The notes below the pieces were generated by a model. That model worked only from the letters and a program-made list of their open reading frames with translations, had not been told where the DNA came from and did no database searches. From an uncultured Bacilli bacterium (GTDB lineage: Bacteria; Bacillota_I; Bacilli_A; RF39; UBA660): a stretch of DNA of 48,274 nucleotides. The stretch lies in the NCBI GenBank assembly GCA_947629305.1, contig CANRDD010000003.1, forward strand, positions 1 to 48,274. Reading direction: 5' to 3'. Below are positions 37,032-46,342 of this stretch, one piece after another (position 1 is the first letter of the stretch; every line of letters begins with the position of its first letter). The position numbers and the translations under genes are program-made.

Positions 37032-37428
37032 TACGCTTTTAAATATTAAAGTACCTTTAAAATTATTTTACACAATTTTAATATTTATTTTTCTTTTAGC
37101 TTTAATAATTATAAGTAATTTAAAGTATTATGAAACCAAAGATTATGAAGGTATATATCAAGATAATTTAATTAAAATAAATGTTTACCAAAAAGACCTT
37201 GATACAATATTAAATGGAACATTTATTAAAATTAATAACCAAAAATATAATTATCAAATAATCTCTTTAAGTGAAGTAATTATAGATAATAATAAAAACT
37301 ATCAAATAATAAGTATCCAAATTAATAATCAATTTTGGCCTAATGAAGTATTAAATATAAAAGCTTATGCTCATAAAGAAAGTATTAAAGAAAAAATATT
37401 AAAATATATAGGAAAGGAGATGGAATAA
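37021..37428 (+). CDS. Short bacteriocin secretion accessory-like protein
   Basis: One N-terminal TM, overlaps the exporter stop; position typical of LcnD/ComB but much shorter. Confidence 0.5.
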   Translation: MDYNTLLNIKVPLKLFYTILIFIFLLALIIISNLKYYETKDYEGIYQDNLIKINVYQKDLDTILNGTFIKINNQKYNYQIISLSEVIIDNNKNYQIISIQINNQFWPNEVLNIKAYAHKESIKEKILKYIGKEME

Positions 37429-37578
37429 ATGGTTTTATCAAAAGAAGAATTAACCAAAGTTCAAGGGGGAAGTAAAACCCTCTGGTTTATCGTCGGGGTT
37501 ATAGGTACTTTTTTAGCCGGATTATTTGATGGTATCGTTAATCCTAATCGTTGTAATTCTGATTCTGATTCTGATTAA
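37429..37578 (+). CDS. Double-glycine leader peptide 1 (class IIb bacteriocin-like)
   Basis: MVLSKEELTKVQGG|SKTLWFIVGVIGTFLAGLFDGIVNPNRCNSDSDSD; RBS AGGAG; absent from the ORF track. Confidence 0.85.
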   Translation: MVLSKEELTKVQGGSKTLWFIVGVIGTFLAGLFDGIVNPNRCNSDSDSD

Positions 37579-37605
37579 TTTAAACTTTAGAAAGGAGGTT
37601 TTAAA

Positions 37606-37767
37606 ATGGAATTAAGTAAGCAAGAGTTAAAAAACATCGTAGGAGGAGAGTCTATAGGGACAGTGATTAATGCCATTACTAAAGCATTTTCGACGATTTT
37701 TGACTTTGGTCGTTCAGTAGGTTCTGCTTTAAGAAGAATAACAAGTAAAAAATATTGCGAAATATAG
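37606..37767 (+). CDS. Double-glycine leader peptide 2
   Basis: MELSKQELKNIVGG|ESIGTVINAITKAFSTIFDFGRSVGSALRRITSKKYCEI; RBS AGGAGG; absent from the ORF track. Confidence 0.85.
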   Translation: MELSKQELKNIVGGESIGTVINAITKAFSTIFDFGRSVGSALRRITSKKYCEI

Positions 37768-37810
37768 GTGAATTATTCCCCTTATTCCTTTAAATTCTTG
37801 CAAAAAAGAG

Positions 37811-37839
37811 TTGCAAGCCCAAAATCATAATGTTATAAT
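37811..37839 (+). promoter_or_regulatory. sigA promoter of rpsU
   Basis: TTGCAA-N17-TATAAT with extended TG. Confidence 0.7.
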
Positions 37840-37871
37840 ATTCTATAGAAAAAAACGGAAGGAGGGAAAAA

Positions 37872-38057
37872 ATGACAAAAGTTGTGGTTAAAAATGGCGA
37901 TGTTGAATATGCTTTAAAAAAGTTTAAAGCTAAATTTGCCAAGAGCGGTGTCCCTTCTGAAGTGAAGAAAAGAAAACACTATGAAAAACCTGGAGTAAAA
38001 AGAAGAAATGAAATTAAAGAAGGAATTAAAAATTCCCATAAGAAAAATCGAGGTTAA
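37872..38057 (+). CDS. rpsU: 30S ribosomal protein S21
   Basis: ALKKFK..KRKHYEKPGVKRR. Confidence 0.95.
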   Translation: MTKVVVKNGDVEYALKKFKAKFAKSGVPSEVKKRKHYEKPGVKRRNEIKEGIKNSHKKNRG

Positions 38058-38059
38058 AA

Positions 38060-38494
38060 ATGAATGCACAAATTAATGAAGATTTAAAGGTTGCAATGAA
38101 AAACCAAGATAAGTTTACTTTATCAGTCTTAAGAATGCTTAAAAGTGCTTTACAATTAGAAAGTATTAGTAAGAAACATGAATTAGATGATAATGAAGTT
38201 ATTGCCGTATTAAAAAAACAAGTTAAGTTACGAAAAGATTCAATCACGGAGTTTGCTAAATTTGCTAAAGATGATAAAATCGCGGATTTAGAAAAAGAAA
38301 TTGCCATAATAGATAAATACTTACCTCAAGAAGCATCAAAGGAAGAAATTGAAAAGGTTATTGATGAGTGCTTTAGCATCCTTAAACCAACATCAATTAA
38401 AGACATGGGGCAAGTAATGAAGGAAGTAACTAAGAAATTAAATAATGCGGATATGGCTTTAGTTAGTAAGCTTGTCAAAGAAAAATTACAGTAA
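38060..38494 (+). CDS. yqeY: GatB/YqeY domain protein
   Basis: DLKVAMK, LRMLKSA, YLPQ, KDMGQVM; follows rpsU. Confidence 0.93.
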   Translation: MNAQINEDLKVAMKNQDKFTLSVLRMLKSALQLESISKKHELDDNEVIAVLKKQVKLRKDSITEFAKFAKDDKIADLEKEIAIIDKYLPQEASKEEIEKVIDECFSILKPTSIKDMGQVMKEVTKKLNNADMALVSKLVKEKLQ

Positions 38495-38538
38495 TTATTC
38501 TTACTGTAATTTTTTTTGGCATATAATTTAAAAGGTGA

Positions 38539-38790
38539 TTGATTTTGCATTTAAAAGAAAACCTTATTAATTTTTTATATGATTTAGATTATTTTATTAC
38601 AATCTATGATAATTATATTCATATTTTTAATTACAAAGAGTTAATTAGTTTAAGTGATACCAAAATAATCTTAAAAATGCCTAATTTTACTTTAGAAATA
38701 AAAGGTAATAATTTATTTATAACTAAAATGTTAAAAAATGAATTATTAATAAAAGGAAATATTCTTTTGGTAGGTAAAAGTAATGAATAA
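38539..38790 (+). CDS. yqfC: YabP/YqfC family sporulation protein
   Basis: IFNYKELI..IKGNNLFI..ELLIKGNI; sigE-like -10 CATATAAT at 38520; overlaps yqfD. Confidence 0.8.
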   Translation: MILHLKENLINFLYDLDYFITIYDNYIHIFNYKELISLSDTKIILKMPNFTLEIKGNNLFITKMLKNELLIKGNILLVGKSNE

Positions 38791-39934
38791 ACATTTAATT
38801 AAAGTTAAAACTAAATGTAATAATTATTATTCTTTTTTAAAAAAAATACAATATTTAAATTTATCTATTTATGAAATAGAATATAAAGATAATTATGTTT
38901 ATTTAAAAATAAATAATGAAGATTTAACTAAATTAAAAAAATATTTAGTTAGTTATAAATTCCAAAAAGAAGAAGATTTAGGTTTATTTTCTTTAAAAAA
39001 GAAAATAAAACAAAATCATATATTTTTAATTATGGTTATTTTAGGATTAATATTATATAGTATTTTAACTAATTTAATCGTGGAAATAAATGTTTTTCAT
39101 GAAAATCAAGATTTAAGAGAATTAGTAAAAGAGGAATTAGATAGTTATGGAGTTAAAGTTTTAAGTTTTAAGAAAAGTTATAAACAATTAACCAAAATTA
39201 AAGAAGCTATATTAGAAAAGTATCCAGATAAAATTGACTGGCTAGAAATAGAAACGCATGGCATGGCTTATGATGTTAAAATTGAAGAAAGGATTATAAC
39301 AGATTCTAAGGAAGAAAATAAGATTTGTGATATTGTTGCTAAAAAAAATGGGACAATTAAACATATTAAATTAGAAGAAGGAGAAAGAGTAGTTGATCTA
39401 AATGATTATGTTAGAGAAGGAGATACTTTAATAAGTGGGAAAATAATTTATAATAATGAAGAAAAAAGAAGTATTTGTGCCAAAGGAGAAGTTTATGCAG
39501 AAGTTTGGTATACAGTAGATATTTCTATTCCTTTTCATTATAATGAATATCAAGAAACAGGGAAGAAAAAATATAATATAGTTTGGGAAGTAAATGATAA
39601 TAAAAAAAGAATATTAAAGAATAGATTTACTAATTTTAATTCTAAATATTATAATTTTTTAAAAATATTTAATTTTAAATTATATTTAGAAAAAGAATAT
39701 GAAACAAAGGAAATTAAAAAAGAATATGGGGCAGATGAAGCATTAGAAGTAGCTCTTTTAAAGGCTAAAGATAGTATAAATAAGAAAATTGGGGAAAAAG
39801 ATACGATAATTGATGAAAAAGTTTTGAAAAAAAGGATAAATAATAGTACAATGGATGTAGAAGTCTTTGTTATTGTTGAAGAATTAATAAGCACTCAAAA
39901 AGAAACATTTAATGAAGACTTATCTAGGAGTTGA
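38783..39934 (+). CDS. yqfD: Sporulation protein YqfD
   Basis: DIVAKKNGTI, VREGDTLISG, AKGEVYAEVWY. Confidence 0.88.
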   Translation: MNKHLIKVKTKCNNYYSFLKKIQYLNLSIYEIEYKDNYVYLKINNEDLTKLKKYLVSYKFQKEEDLGLFSLKKKIKQNHIFLIMVILGLILYSILTNLIVEINVFHENQDLRELVKEELDSYGVKVLSFKKSYKQLTKIKEAILEKYPDKIDWLEIETHGMAYDVKIEERIITDSKEENKICDIVAKKNGTIKHIKLEEGERVVDLNDYVREGDTLISGKIIYNNEEKRSICAKGEVYAEVWYTVDISIPFHYNEYQETGKKKYNIVWEVNDNKKRILKNRFTNFNSKYYNFLKIFNFKLYLEKEYETKEIKKEYGADEALEVALLKAKDSINKKIGEKDTIIDEKVLKKRINNSTMDVEVFVIVEELISTQKETFNEDLSRS

Positions 39935-39939
39935 TATAA

Positions 39940-40557
39940 GTGGTTTTAAATACTTTAAAAGGTGTATTTGTCCATAATTGGCCTATATTAGTTATATTTT
40001 TAGTAACTATTGTCACAATTAGATTTTATTATTTAAGAACCCATCGGGAAAAAATATGTTTTTATAAAGAATTTTTAACAATAATAAGTATTGTTTATAT
40101 TTTTTTCTTATTTCAACTTTTAACTCAAGTAGAACTTAATACTACTGGAGGACTTAATTTAATTCCATTTACCGAAATATTAAGATATGATTTTGGCAGT
40201 ACTTTATTTATTTATAATGTCTTAGGTAATATTTGTATCTTTATTCCCTTTGGTTTAATTATTGCTGTTTATATTAATCCTAAAACTATTTTTTCTCCTC
40301 TTATTATTGCTTTAATTGTTTCAGCAACAGTTGAATTTGTTCAACTTAATATAGGCCGAAGTTTTGATGTTGATGATATTCTTCTTAATATTGCTGGTTC
40401 AATTATAGGTTATTTAATTTATATTGCTTTTGTAGCTATTAATAATCATTTACCTAAAGTCTTTAAAAGTGAAACATTATATAATATAATATGTGTTGTT
40501 TTAGTTATATTAATTATTTTATATATCTTAAAAATTACAAAGGTTGTGGTTATTTAA
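39940..40557 (+). CDS. VanZ family membrane protein
   Basis: NLIPF, GNICIFIPFG, E.VQ..GRSFDVDDILLN. Confidence 0.88.
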   Translation: MVLNTLKGVFVHNWPILVIFLVTIVTIRFYYLRTHREKICFYKEFLTIISIVYIFFLFQLLTQVELNTTGGLNLIPFTEILRYDFGSTLFIYNVLGNICIFIPFGLIIAVYINPKTIFSPLIIALIVSATVEFVQLNIGRSFDVDDILLNIAGSIIGYLIYIAFVAINNHLPKVFKSETLYNIICVVLVILIILYILKITKVVVI

Positions 40558-40997
40558 TGAATGAATATAATATTGTTGATGAATATGGTTATCAAAATTA
40601 TGCTTATTTAGATGAAGTTATAAAGAAAACTTTAGAAATGGAAAAGGTTAAAGAATCCATCTTTACAATTATTTTTATTGATGATGAAAAAATGCAAGAA
40701 TTAAATAAAACCTATCGGAATATGGATAGAACAACTGATGTTTTATCCTTTGCTTATGAAGATAATGAATATATGGATTATAAGATGAGACATTTAGGAG
40801 AAATATTTATTTCAATTCCGAAAATGAAAAGTCAAGCTCAAGAATATGGGCATTCGGAAGAAAGGGAATTATCATTTTTAACTGTTCATGGTTTATTACA
40901 TTTACTTGGTTATGATCATACGAAAGGAATAAAAGAAGAAAAAGAAATGTTTGGAAAGCAGGAGATGATATTAAATGCGTGTGGAAAAAGAAAATAA
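40557..40997 (+). CDS. ybeY: rRNA maturation RNase YbeY
   Basis: TDVLSF, LGEIFIS, HGLLHLLGYDH; TAATG-coupled start. Confidence 0.95.
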   Translation: MNEYNIVDEYGYQNYAYLDEVIKKTLEMEKVKESIFTIIFIDDEKMQELNKTYRNMDRTTDVLSFAYEDNEYMDYKMRHLGEIFISIPKMKSQAQEYGHSEERELSFLTVHGLLHLLGYDHTKGIKEEKEMFGKQEMILNACGKRK

Positions 40998-41379
40998 AGT
41001 AAAAGGTCATAAAAATTTTAGTTTAAAAAGACAAATAAATAGTGCTAAGAATGCTTTTAATGGTTTAATTTATGCTTATTTTAATGAACAAAGTTTATGG
41101 CTTCATGGCCTAGGTACTATTTTAGCTATTATTTTAGGTTTAATTTTTAAAATTAGTTTTATTAAATGGGCTATCTTAATTATAGCTTTAATGGTTGTTT
41201 TATCAGTTGAATTATTAAATACCGCGATTGAAGCAACAGTTGATCTTGTTACAAATGAGTTTCATCCTTTAGCCAAAATTGCCAAAGACTGTGGAGGAGC
41301 TGCGACTTTTGTAGCTACCATTGTTCTTTTAGTTATCTGTGGTTTTATTTTTATTCCTGATATCATGGCTTTATTTTAA
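40975..41379 (+). CDS. dgkA: Diacylglycerol/undecaprenol kinase
   Basis: ELLNTAIEATVD, AKIAKD. Confidence 0.93.
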   Translation: MRVEKENKVKGHKNFSLKRQINSAKNAFNGLIYAYFNEQSLWLHGLGTILAIILGLIFKISFIKWAILIIALMVVLSVELLNTAIEATVDLVTNEFHPLAKIAKDCGGAATFVATIVLLVICGFIFIPDIMALF

Positions 41380-41394
41380 AGGGGGGATTAGTTT

Positions 41395-42279
41395 ATGCGC
41401 AGTGGTTTTGTTAGTATAATTGGAAGACCTAATGTTGGTAAGAGTACTTTAATTAATGCTATAATTGGGCAAAAGGTAGCTATAACAAGTGAGAAAATAG
41501 GGACAACTAGAAATATAATTCAAGGCATATATAATGAAGATGGTTATCAAATTGTTTTTGTTGATACCCCAGGGATTCATAAACCAATGGAAAAACTAGG
41601 AAGAGTTTTAAATAAACAAGCTTTTGCTTTAACCAAAGATGTTGATGTTATTTTGTTTGTTTGTGATGTCTATGCGGGAATTGGTAAAGGTGATAAATAT
41701 ATTTTAGAAACATTAAAAAAGAATAATATTCCTGTTATTATGGTGTTAAATAAAATAGATGAAATAAGTGAAGCTAAATTAATGGAAACTATTCTTCATT
41801 ATAAAGATATTTATCCTTTTGCCGAAGTTGTTCCAACTTCAGCTTTAAAAAATGATAATATAAATCATTTAATTAATGTTATTAAAAAATATTTACATGA
41901 TGATGTTCAATATTTTCCTTTAGATATGTATACTAGTAGTACTTTAAAATTTATGGCTAGTGAAATAGTAAGAGAAAAATTACTTAATGTTACGGAAGAT
42001 GAAGTACCGCATAGTATTACTTGTTATACAACTTCTTTTAAAGAAGAAAAAAATATTTGCCGCATAAGTATTGATATTATTGTTGATAAAGAATCTTTAA
42101 AAAAGATTATTATAGGGCGAAGTGGAGCAAGACTTAAACAAGTTGGAACTTTAGCTCGCATAGAATTAGAAGAATTATTAGAAAAAAAAGTATATTTAGA
42201 ATTATTTGTTAAAGTTATTAATAATTGGAAAGATAAAGAAAAATATTTAATTGAATTAGGTTTTTTAGATAATGAATAA
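41395..42279 (+). CDS. era: GTPase Era
   Basis: GRPNVGKS, DTPG, NKID, KH domain. Confidence 0.97.
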   Translation: MRSGFVSIIGRPNVGKSTLINAIIGQKVAITSEKIGTTRNIIQGIYNEDGYQIVFVDTPGIHKPMEKLGRVLNKQAFALTKDVDVILFVCDVYAGIGKGDKYILETLKKNNIPVIMVLNKIDEISEAKLMETILHYKDIYPFAEVVPTSALKNDNINHLINVIKKYLHDDVQYFPLDMYTSSTLKFMASEIVREKLLNVTEDEVPHSITCYTTSFKEEKNICRISIDIIVDKESLKKIIIGRSGARLKQVGTLARIELEELLEKKVYLELFVKVINNWKDKEKYLIELGFLDNE

Positions 42280-42320
42280 AATTTATTTATAATACACATT
42301 ATTATATTAGGTGATATAAA

Positions 42321-42410
42321 TTGAATAAAAAGGATTTATGGGAAAAATTTAAAAAAAGTGGTAAAGTAGATGATTATTTAGCTTATAAAAAAGAAAATCA
42401 AGATGAATAA
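42321..42410 (+). CDS. yqzL: YqzL-like small protein
   Basis: MNKKDLWEKFKKSGKVDDYLAYKKENQDE (WxxFxxxGxxxxYLxYK); TTG start with RBS AGGTG; follows era as in Bacillus. Confidence 0.75.
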   Translation: MNKKDLWEKFKKSGKVDDYLAYKKENQDE

Positions 42411-42427
42411 ATTCTTGATTTTCTTTT
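42391..42427. terminator. Bidirectional terminator
   Basis: AAGAAAATCAAGA..TCTTGATTTTCTT between convergent genes. Confidence 0.6.
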
Positions 42428-44017
42428 TTATAAGTCTTTACTTGTGGTTGTTTTGGTTAAGACAGCATGAACAACAATACGATTATCCCCATCTTTACAA
42501 GTTGATAAAGTAATTATTTTATCACTTCCAGTTGGGGTAATTCCAAAGTCATATATACTTCTATTTTTTAACATTTGATAAAATTCACTTCTGACTTCAT
42601 CAGTTGTAAAACTAGTACTTAAATAATCAGTTGTTTTATATATTTTATAAATAGAGAATATTTTAAATTCATAATTAGCATAAATAGTTCGATAACTAAT
42701 AGTTAAATTATCCGGATTACTATACCAATTTTTACGCATAACATTTTGAAGAGTACCAAACATAACTCCACTGTAATAACGATTATGACCATAGATTAAA
42801 GTATTATCATCTAAACCATTAGTACTTTCATTTCGGTAATCTAAAAAGATCCAACCATTATTATCTTTTTCTAAATTAATATTATTTTTTAAATAATACT
42901 CATTATTACTACCTTGCACAACAGGATAATCAATATTAGTATTATTAACTTTTAACCAACCAACAACTTCAGGATTAACAACTAATAAATTAACTATATC
43001 ATCATTAATAACTTTATAACTATCATTATCTTTATTTAAATTTAAATCTTCTATTATTTTTTGGGTATCTGTTATTTCAATAACTTTAGATATTGTTTCT
43101 TTAATATTTTCATTACTTTGCATAGAAACATAATTATCATAAAAAACATAAGTAAAAGAACAAGTAATAATGCCAATTATAATTAAACCACAGACATTTA
43201 ATATTTTACTATTAGTTTGTTTCATAATATTTTCACTAATATAATCATTAGAATAAGCTAAACGAAATACTATTTTATATCTTTTACTTTTTCTTTTATT
43301 AAAATTCTTTAAATATTCTATTATTTTAGGATCTATGATATTATCATGAATTAATATTTTAATATTTCTTTTACTATTTTTCTTTAATATATCGACAATA
43401 TATTCTAAATTATCTAAAGAAGCTTTATTAACATTAATTGTTTTTAAATATTTATTTATTTTACAAAAAGTATTAAAATCTTCTTCATCTTGTTCACTTA
43501 AAGGAAATTCCATATTTAAAGTTATTTTATAAAACATACTAGAATAAATATTTAAATTATTATCTAACATAAATTTAGATAAAAAAAGTATTTCACTTCT
43601 AGATTCAACTAGAATATGGGCTTGATCAAATAATTCTAACATAAAGGGTTGTAATGTATAACAATTAATATTTTTAATATTAGTTTTTAAAATTATTTCA
43701 CATAAAGCATAACTTAAAGAAGAATCATCTTTTAAAATTAAAGAAGTAATAGATTTATTATTTTTAAAAATAGAACATATAAGTAAATATAAAGAATTAT
43801 TTTCAATTATGGCTGTATCTATATTTTCTGTTTTACATAATTCACTAATAAAAGTTGATACTATTTTTTCATTTTGCTCAATATATTCATCAGAAAAAAT
43901 AAGTTCATTAGCACTTATAACATTAGTATTAAGTAAATTTTTATATTCATTATTTAATCTATTTTTTTCTTTAAATATTAAAGAATTATCTTTAATTTTT
44001 ATTAATATTTTTTTCAT
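42428..44017 (-). CDS. srtB: Class B sortase with a ~270-aa N-terminal extension
   Basis: WLKVNNTNIDYPVVQ, IYGHN, TLSTC, RIVVHA; TM helix near residue 275-293. Confidence 0.88.
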   Translation of the reverse strand: MKKILIKIKDNSLIFKEKNRLNNEYKNLLNTNVISANELIFSDEYIEQNEKIVSTFISELCKTENIDTAIIENNSLYLLICSIFKNNKSITSLILKDDSSLSYALCEIILKTNIKNINCYTLQPFMLELFDQAHILVESRSEILFLSKFMLDNNLNIYSSMFYKITLNMEFPLSEQDEEDFNTFCKINKYLKTINVNKASLDNLEYIVDILKKNSKRNIKILIHDNIIDPKIIEYLKNFNKRKSKRYKIVFRLAYSNDYISENIMKQTNSKILNVCGLIIIGIITCSFTYVFYDNYVSMQSNENIKETISKVIEITDTQKIIEDLNLNKDNDSYKVINDDIVNLLVVNPEVVGWLKVNNTNIDYPVVQGSNNEYYLKNNINLEKDNNGWIFLDYRNESTNGLDDNTLIYGHNRYYSGVMFGTLQNVMRKNWYSNPDNLTISYRTIYANYEFKIFSIYKIYKTTDYLSTSFTTDEVRSEFYQMLKNRSIYDFGITPTGSDKIITLSTCKDGDNRIVVHAVLTKTTTSKDL

Positions 44018-44143
44018 GTTTTATTATCCTTTACTTTCTTTATTATAATAACACAATTTGACAGTTTTTAATATATTTTTTTAAAAAATGTATTGTTTTT
44101 TGTATTTTTATGATATAATCTAAGCATACTAGAGATAGGAGAG

Positions 44144-44719
44144 ATGTGTGTGAAAAAGTTTTTTAGTATTTTAGTTATAGGAATGGCAATGGTTTTAATG
44201 CCTATGGTAGCATCAGCTGCCATAAAGCTAGAAGTAAAAAGAAGTGGAAATTGTATTGATAATGGAGGAGATACTTGTAAGTGGACTTATTCTCTTAAAT
44301 TAGTTGGTGATTCAGAACAAAATTATGCTAGTATCCCAATTAAAATTGCTTATGCTACAAAAGAAGGTAAACAAAATGCTGTTGTCCAAATTGATTTTAA
44401 TGCCCCAACTGGTATGACTGCTGATGCTATACCTAATGGAAATGGTTATGATGTTATTTATACGCCAACATCTGGATCTGTAACAGGTAAAACAATTGAT
44501 TTAGGTACTTTTGTTGCTACTGTTAAAAAAGGAGCTGAATATGACTGTACTTTAAATGTTGGTTTTGGCGATATTAAAGTTGATGTTGAAATTGAAACCG
44601 AAACAACTATTCCAAGTACAGGTGCTAGTTTACCAGTTATTATTATTGCGGGTGGCGTTTCTGTTGCGGTAGTAGCATATGTAATCTCTAAAAAGAACAC
44701 AAAACTTTATAAAATTTAA
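44144..44719 (+). CDS. Cell-wall-anchored protein with IPSTG sorting signal
   Basis: Signal peptide (ASA|A), IPSTG + TM + KKNTKLYKI tail. Confidence 0.75.
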   Translation: MCVKKFFSILVIGMAMVLMPMVASAAIKLEVKRSGNCIDNGGDTCKWTYSLKLVGDSEQNYASIPIKIAYATKEGKQNAVVQIDFNAPTGMTADAIPNGNGYDVIYTPTSGSVTGKTIDLGTFVATVKKGAEYDCTLNVGFGDIKVDVEIETETTIPSTGASLPVIIIAGGVSVAVVAYVISKKNTKLYKI

Positions 44720-44737
44720 TTAAAATACGAAAAAAAT

Positions 44738-44768
44738 AAACAATCTTAGTTTCTAAGATTGTTTTTTT
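44738..44768 (+). terminator. Intrinsic terminator
   Basis: AAACAATCTTAG-ttt-CTAAGATTGTTT + T tract. Confidence 0.75.
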
Positions 44769-44798
44769 ATGGTAAAATACAACTAGGAGTTGAATTTT

Positions 44799-46280
44799 AT
44801 GCGCGAATTTAGTGAACAAGAATTAGTAAGAAGAGAAAAATTAACTAAATTAGAAGAAAAAGGTATTAATCCTTTTGGACATCGTTATGATGTTAGTGAT
44901 TTTTCTTTAAATATTAAAGAAAAATATCAAGATTATTCTCATGAAGCTTTAGAAGAAGAAAAAAAGGAAGTTAAAGTAGCAGGAAGAATAATGTTTATAA
45001 GAAAAATGGGGAAAGCTTCCTTTTTTTCCCTTAAAGATAAATTAGGAAATATACAAGTATATATTTCTATTAATGATGTGCAAGAAGAAGTATATAATTT
45101 ATTTAAATCAGCTGATATAGGAGATATTGTTGGGGTTAGAGGTTATGTGATGAAAACGGGAACAGGAGAAATAACCATTAAATGTTTAGAATATACCCAT
45201 TTAGTTAAAGCTTTAAGACCACTTCCTGAAAAATATCATGGTTTAATTGATGTTGAAGAAAGATTTAGAAGACGTTATGTTGATTTAATAATGAATGATG
45301 AAGCTAGAAAAATTGCTTTTGCTAGACCAAAGATAATCAGAACTATTCAAAATTATTTAGATGATTTAGGATATACAGAAGTAGAAACACCTATATTAGG
45401 AACAATATTAGGGGGAGCTGCGGCAAGACCATTTATAACGCATCATAATACCCAAAATATAGATATGTATTTAAGAATAGCTTTAGAATTAAATTTAAAA
45501 AGGCTTTTAGTGGGAGGAATGGATGCTGTTTATGAAATAGGGCGAACATTTCGAAATGAAGGAATGGATAAAAAACATAATCCTGAATTTACAATGATGG
45601 AATTATATAAAGCTTTTAGTGATTTAGAAGGTATGATGGATATTACTGAAGGTATTATATCTAATTGTGCTTTAAAATTAAATGGGACTTATGAAGTTAC
45701 TTATTTAGGACAAACAATTAGTTTAGCTCCAGGTTTTAAAAGAGCTCATATGGTTGATTTAATTAAAGAAAAAACTGGTATTGATTTTTGGCAAAATATG
45801 AGTTTAGATGAAGCTAAAAAATTAGCTAAAGAACATAATATTGAAATAGAAGATCATTTTGGCTATGGGCATATTGTTAATGCTTTCTTTGAAAAATATG
45901 TGGAAGAAACTATAACAGATCCAACCTTTGTCTATGGTCATCCCGTAGAAATATCGCCATTAGCTAAAAAAGATCCAAAAGATCCAAGATTTACGCAAAG
46001 ATTTGAATTATTTATTTTAGGTTGTGAATATGCAAATGCCTTTAATGAATTAAATGATCCAATTGATCAATATCAAAGATTTGAAAATCAATTAAAAGAA
46101 AAAGAATTAGGTAATGCTGAAGCTAATGAAATGGATTTAGATTATGTAGAAGCTTTAGAATATGGTATGCCTCCAGCTGGTGGCTTAGGTATGGGTATTG
46201 ATCGTTTAGTTATGCTTTTAACAGGAGCTGAATCAATTAGAGAAGTTATTTTATTTCCAACAATGAAACCAAGAGATTAA
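44799..46280 (+). CDS. lysS: Lysine--tRNA ligase
   Basis: [38 protein letters not shown] 44799 after AGGAG. Confidence 0.98.
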   Translation: MREFSEQELVRREKLTKLEEKGINPFGHRYDVSDFSLNIKEKYQDYSHEALEEEKKEVKVAGRIMFIRKMGKASFFSLKDKLGNIQVYISINDVQEEVYNLFKSADIGDIVGVRGYVMKTGTGEITIKCLEYTHLVKALRPLPEKYHGLIDVEERFRRRYVDLIMNDEARKIAFARPKIIRTIQNYLDDLGYTEVETPILGTILGGAAARPFITHHNTQNIDMYLRIALELNLKRLLVGGMDAVYEIGRTFRNEGMDKKHNPEFTMMELYKAFSDLEGMMDITEGIISNCALKLNGTYEVTYLGQTISLAPGFKRAHMVDLIKEKTGIDFWQNMSLDEAKKLAKEHNIEIEDHFGYGHIVNAFFEKYVEETITDPTFVYGHPVEISPLAKKDPKDPRFTQRFELFILGCEYANAFNELNDPIDQYQRFENQLKEKELGNAEANEMDLDYVEALEYGMPPAGGLGMGIDRLVMLLTGAESIREVILFPTMKPRD

Positions 46281-46342
46281 AAAAAAGCAAAAAAGCTTTT
46301 TTTTCTTTGGGGCAAGTGATATAATTTTAATAAGGAGGTAGA

